Positions 38,035 to 40,490 of a stretch of DNA of 40,490 bases are shown here, piece by piece (within the stretch, counting starts at the first letter, position 1; every line of letters begins with the position of its first letter). The DNA is from Pseudobdellovibrionaceae bacterium. Lineage in GTDB: Bacteria > Bdellovibrionota > Bdellovibrionia > Bdellovibrionales > UBA1609. The DNA is taken from assembly GCA_030591685.1 (NCBI GenBank), contig JAUVAX010000020.1, positions 1 through 40,490 on the forward strand. Reading direction: 5' to 3'. Below the pieces are notes generated by a model, which made no database searches, had not been told where the DNA came from, and saw nothing but the letters and a program-made list of their open reading frames with translations. A program made the translations under genes and the position numbers.

Positions 38035-39528
38035 ATGAAAGAGTTTATCTTATCTATAGATCAAGGGACCACGAGCACAACTGTTTGTTTGGTGGACATT
38101 ACAGGGCAAATTAAGGCCCGGCATTCTGAGGAGTTTGAGCAGATCTTCCCCAAGCCAGGTTGGGTAGAGCATCGGCCCGAAGAAATTTGGGGCACTGTTG
38201 TTAATGGTATAAAGCGCATTTTAGAAAAAACAAACACCAAACCCTCGGCGATTGCTGCTATTGGCATTACGAACCAGCGTGAAACCAGTGTTCTTTGGGA
38301 TGCTAAAACCTCTCAGCCCATTTATAACGCTATAGTGTGGCAATGCCGAAGAACAACAAAAACCTGTGAGGCCTTAAAAAAGAAAGGCTATTTAAAGACG
38401 GTTAAAAACAAAACAGGGTTAGTGTTAGACCCTTATTTTAGTGCGACTAAAATAAATTGGGTTTTAAAACATATACCTCAGGCCAAAAAAAAAGCACAAG
38501 CAGGTCTTTTAAGGGCGGGCACTATAGACTCTTACCTGCTCTGGAAGTTAACAAGTGGTCAGTCGCATAAAACAGATGTCTCAAATGCATCAAGAACCTC
38601 TTTAATGAACATTAAAACAGGCCTGTGGGATAAGGATTTGTTAAAAATCTTCAAGGTGCCTGAAAAAATATTACCTCAAATTGCTCCCTCAAATGGTGTG
38701 TTTGGGGTGACCCAGTCGGTGCCGGGCTTGCCGGACGGCATCCCCATCTCAGGCATTGCCGGCGATCAACAGTCAGCCCTTTTTGGTCAAACGTGTTTTA
38801 AAAAAGGAGAGGCCAAGTGTACCTTTGGCACTGGTAGTTTTATATTAATGAACACGGGCCACGAGAGAGTAAAGTCTAAGTCCGGAGTTTTAACCACAGT
38901 GGCTTGGCAACTCAAGGGTCAAAAAAATATGACTTACGCCTTAGAAGGCGGTGCCTTTATTTGTGGCGCTGCGGTTCAATGGTTAAGAGATGGTTTGGGG
39001 ATTATAAAAAAAAGTAGTGAGGTGGAGGCTTTAGCGGCCTCCGTCAGCTCTACAGGAGGGGTCGAGTTTGTCCCAGCCCTTTCTGGGCTTGGAGCGCCCT
39101 ATTGGCAGCCCAACGCAAGGGGGGTTATCACCGGCCTTACTCGGGGCACGGGGAGGGCTGAAGTAGCCAGAGCGACCCTCGAAGCTATGGCCCTACAAAA
39201 CGTAGATATTTTAAAAGCTATGCAAAAAGACCTGGGCCGCAATATGCGTGACCTAAGAGTAGACGGCGGGGCGAGCGCCAACAACTTACTCATGCAAATG
39301 CAGGCCGATTTTTTGGGTAAAAAAATAATAAGACCAAAAATGATTGAAACCACTGTGGCTGGGGCTGCGTACCTGGCGGGGCTTGGGGTCGGGTTTTGGT
39401 CAAGTACGTCAGAAATAAAAAATGTGTGGCAAATAGATCGTAAATTTAGCTCACAACTTACAGCTTCAGGTCGATCTCAACGAACCACTAGCTGGCAAAG
39501 GGCTATAAAAAAATCTTGCGATGCTTAA
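38035..39528 (+). CDS. glpK: Glycerol kinase
   Basis: IDQGTTST, GITNQRET, WQCRRT, DPYFSATK, TDVSNASRT, GDQQSALFGQ, PALSGLGAPYW. Confidence 0.97.
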   Translation: MKEFILSIDQGTTSTTVCLVDITGQIKARHSEEFEQIFPKPGWVEHRPEEIWGTVVNGIKRILEKTNTKPSAIAAIGITNQRETSVLWDAKTSQPIYNAIVWQCRRTTKTCEALKKKGYLKTVKNKTGLVLDPYFSATKINWVLKHIPQAKKKAQAGLLRAGTIDSYLLWKLTSGQSHKTDVSNASRTSLMNIKTGLWDKDLLKIFKVPEKILPQIAPSNGVFGVTQSVPGLPDGIPISGIAGDQQSALFGQTCFKKGEAKCTFGTGSFILMNTGHERVKSKSGVLTTVAWQLKGQKNMTYALEGGAFICGAAVQWLRDGLGIIKKSSEVEALAASVSSTGGVEFVPALSGLGAPYWQPNARGVITGLTRGTGRAEVARATLEAMALQNVDILKAMQKDLGRNMRDLRVDGGASANNLLMQMQADFLGKKIIRPKMIETTVAGAAYLAGLGVGFWSSTSEIKNVWQIDRKFSSQLTASGRSQRTTSWQRAIKKSCDA

Positions 39529-39798
39529 GGCTAAAGTGCTTTAGCGATAGGCTTAATAAATTAAAAATAACCAGCGCCTAACACGCCGCCTTATTCGCCC
39601 CCAATAGGGTCATGATTTAAATTTAAAAACCCCGAGAGTAGAGTTAACTATTTGAATATACTAATAAATATTTATGCGCCTCTTTGGCCATGTGTTGTTA
39701 GTGTATGAGCTTTTAAGCCGGTACTATGCAAATGTTCTTAAACTTTAAGCTATAATTAGAGCCATCAATAAACTTTCAATTTATTTTATTCTTAGATG

Positions 39799-39827
39799 TT
39801 GACCTCAACGACCTGTTTATTTAGATT
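39799..39827 (+). promoter_or_regulatory. sigma70 promoter of the tRNA pair
   Basis: TTGACC-N17-TAGATT with AT-rich upstream sequence. Confidence 0.65.
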
Positions 39828-39844
39828 GATGAACTCATTTAAGT

Positions 39845-39920
39845 GATCCGCTAGCTCAGTTGGTAGAGCATCTCCCTTTTAAGGAGAGGGTCCATGGTTC
39901 GAGCCCATGGCGGGTCACCA
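39845..39920 (+). tRNA. tRNA-Lys (TTT)
   Basis: 76-nt cloverleaf: GATCCGC/GCGGGTC acceptor stem, TCTCC-CTTTTAA-GGAGA anticodon arm, TTCGAGC T-loop, encoded CCA. Confidence 0.97.
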
Positions 39921-39930
39921 ACTTCATTGT

Positions 39931-40006
39931 GTTCCCTTCGTCTAGAGGCCTAGGACATCGCCCTTTCACGGCGAAGACACGGGTTCGACTCCCGTAGGGA
40001 ACGCCA
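39931..40006 (+). tRNA. tRNA-Glu (TTC)
   Basis: 76-nt cloverleaf: GTTCCCT/AGGGAAC acceptor stem, TCGCC-CTTTCAC-GGCGA anticodon arm, TTCGACT T-loop, encoded CCA. Confidence 0.97.
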
Positions 40007-40378
40007 ATCTTCTTTTTGGGCCATTTCGGCTAACACTGCAAATGGTTTTTCCAAATCATATCGGACAATTGGACCATCCAAAACCTGGTTAGATAGTATG
40101 TCTTCCAACAAACCCCTTCTTTCAACTGCACTTTGCTGTTTCCATAACGTTTTGGCATTCTTAGCCAGTTCAATAGTTGATTGCACGTTTTCCAAAGTGG
40201 CATCGGTGATTTTGTGACTGGCTTTTTCAAGAAGTTCCGTGAACTCAAATCTTCTTGAACGGATGTTTTCAATTTGCCGCCTATATCCCTCTTCATCCAA
40301 TACCTTGTCAGCAAGATGCTGATAAACTTCATCTTCTTTTTTATCTAGGTCTTCCAAGGCAACCCTATACGCCTTCAA
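39950..40378 (-). pseudogene. C-terminal fragment of a probable large serine recombinase, cut off by an IS
   Basis: Coiled-coil region, then ERRGLLEDILSN..LDG..VRYDLEKPF; the last 18 codons are antisense to tRNA-Glu; frame blocked by a stop at 40388-40390; no catalytic domain in the window. Confidence 0.6.
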
Positions 40379-40490
40379 TCTAGACCCCTATATACTCCGG
40401 ACAAATTAAGTGGCAAAATGGTCTAGGAGGTCCAGGTGGCAAATAAACAGTATACAGATGAGTTTAAGGCTCAAATTCTTAAAGAAGTTA
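40379..40490 (+). mobile_element. Left end of an IS3-family insertion sequence (truncated by the window edge)
   Basis: End-like sequence ..AGACCCCTATATACTCCGGACA resembling IS2/IS3-type inverted repeats; GGAGG then GTG at 40436 opening MANKQYTDEFKAQILKEV (OrfA HTH-type start); exact left boundary uncertain. Confidence 0.7.

Noticed and set aside
5241..39353. Many short antisense or out-of-frame ORFs (e.g. 7431-7796, 8234-8650, 20604-20906, 28377-28718, 32577-32915)
   Set aside because: They lie essentially within well-supported genes and show no family motifs; shadow ORFs
39845..39920. U3:G70 wobble in the tRNA-Lys acceptor stem as an Ala mischarging signal
   Set aside because: The Ala identity element is G3:U70; this is the reverse orientation
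40030..40332. 100-aa alternative-frame ORF
   Set aside because: Nested out of frame in the recombinase-like fragment with no recognisable features
1..40490. CRISPR array, reverse transcriptase systems (retron, DGR), toxin-antitoxin or restriction/defence operons
   Set aside because: No regularly spaced repeats and no ORF with the relevant motifs was found

Overview
A mostly core-genome window from an AT-rich Bdellovibrionota-like predatory bacterium. This assignment is inferred from a RomR orthologue, a GYF_2-PilZ protein, an Flp-type prepilin, the def-fmt-rpe-hutH-hutU order and sigma28-type promoters. It carries about 45 CDS: M32 carboxypeptidase (partial), an amidase-rph-rdgB cluster, prs-rplY-pth-ychF, oppABC, a lytic transglycosylase, romR-nadC-birA, lptG, def-fmt-rpe-hutH-hutU-rnhA, umuDC, a cyclophilin, hutI and glpK, plus several orphan secreted proteins and lipoproteins. 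At the right end are tRNA-Lys(TTT) and tRNA-Glu(TTC), then the edge of an integrated element: a recombinase-like C-terminal fragment reading antisense into tRNA-Glu, interrupted by an IS3-family element. No CRISPR array, reverse transcriptase or defence operon is visible. The best candidate for something undescribed is the 680-bp intergenic region 3541-4218. It holds tandem enhancer-like repeats, a near-consensus sigma54 promoter and a ~63-nt terminated RNA with a C-rich, anti-Shine-Dalgarno-like loop, plus a separate ~160-nt rod-like fold. The umuDC locus also shows unusual features: a direct-repeat operator, a poly-C tract and a small intervening ORF. All calls come from reading the sequence by eye; no searches or folding programs were run.
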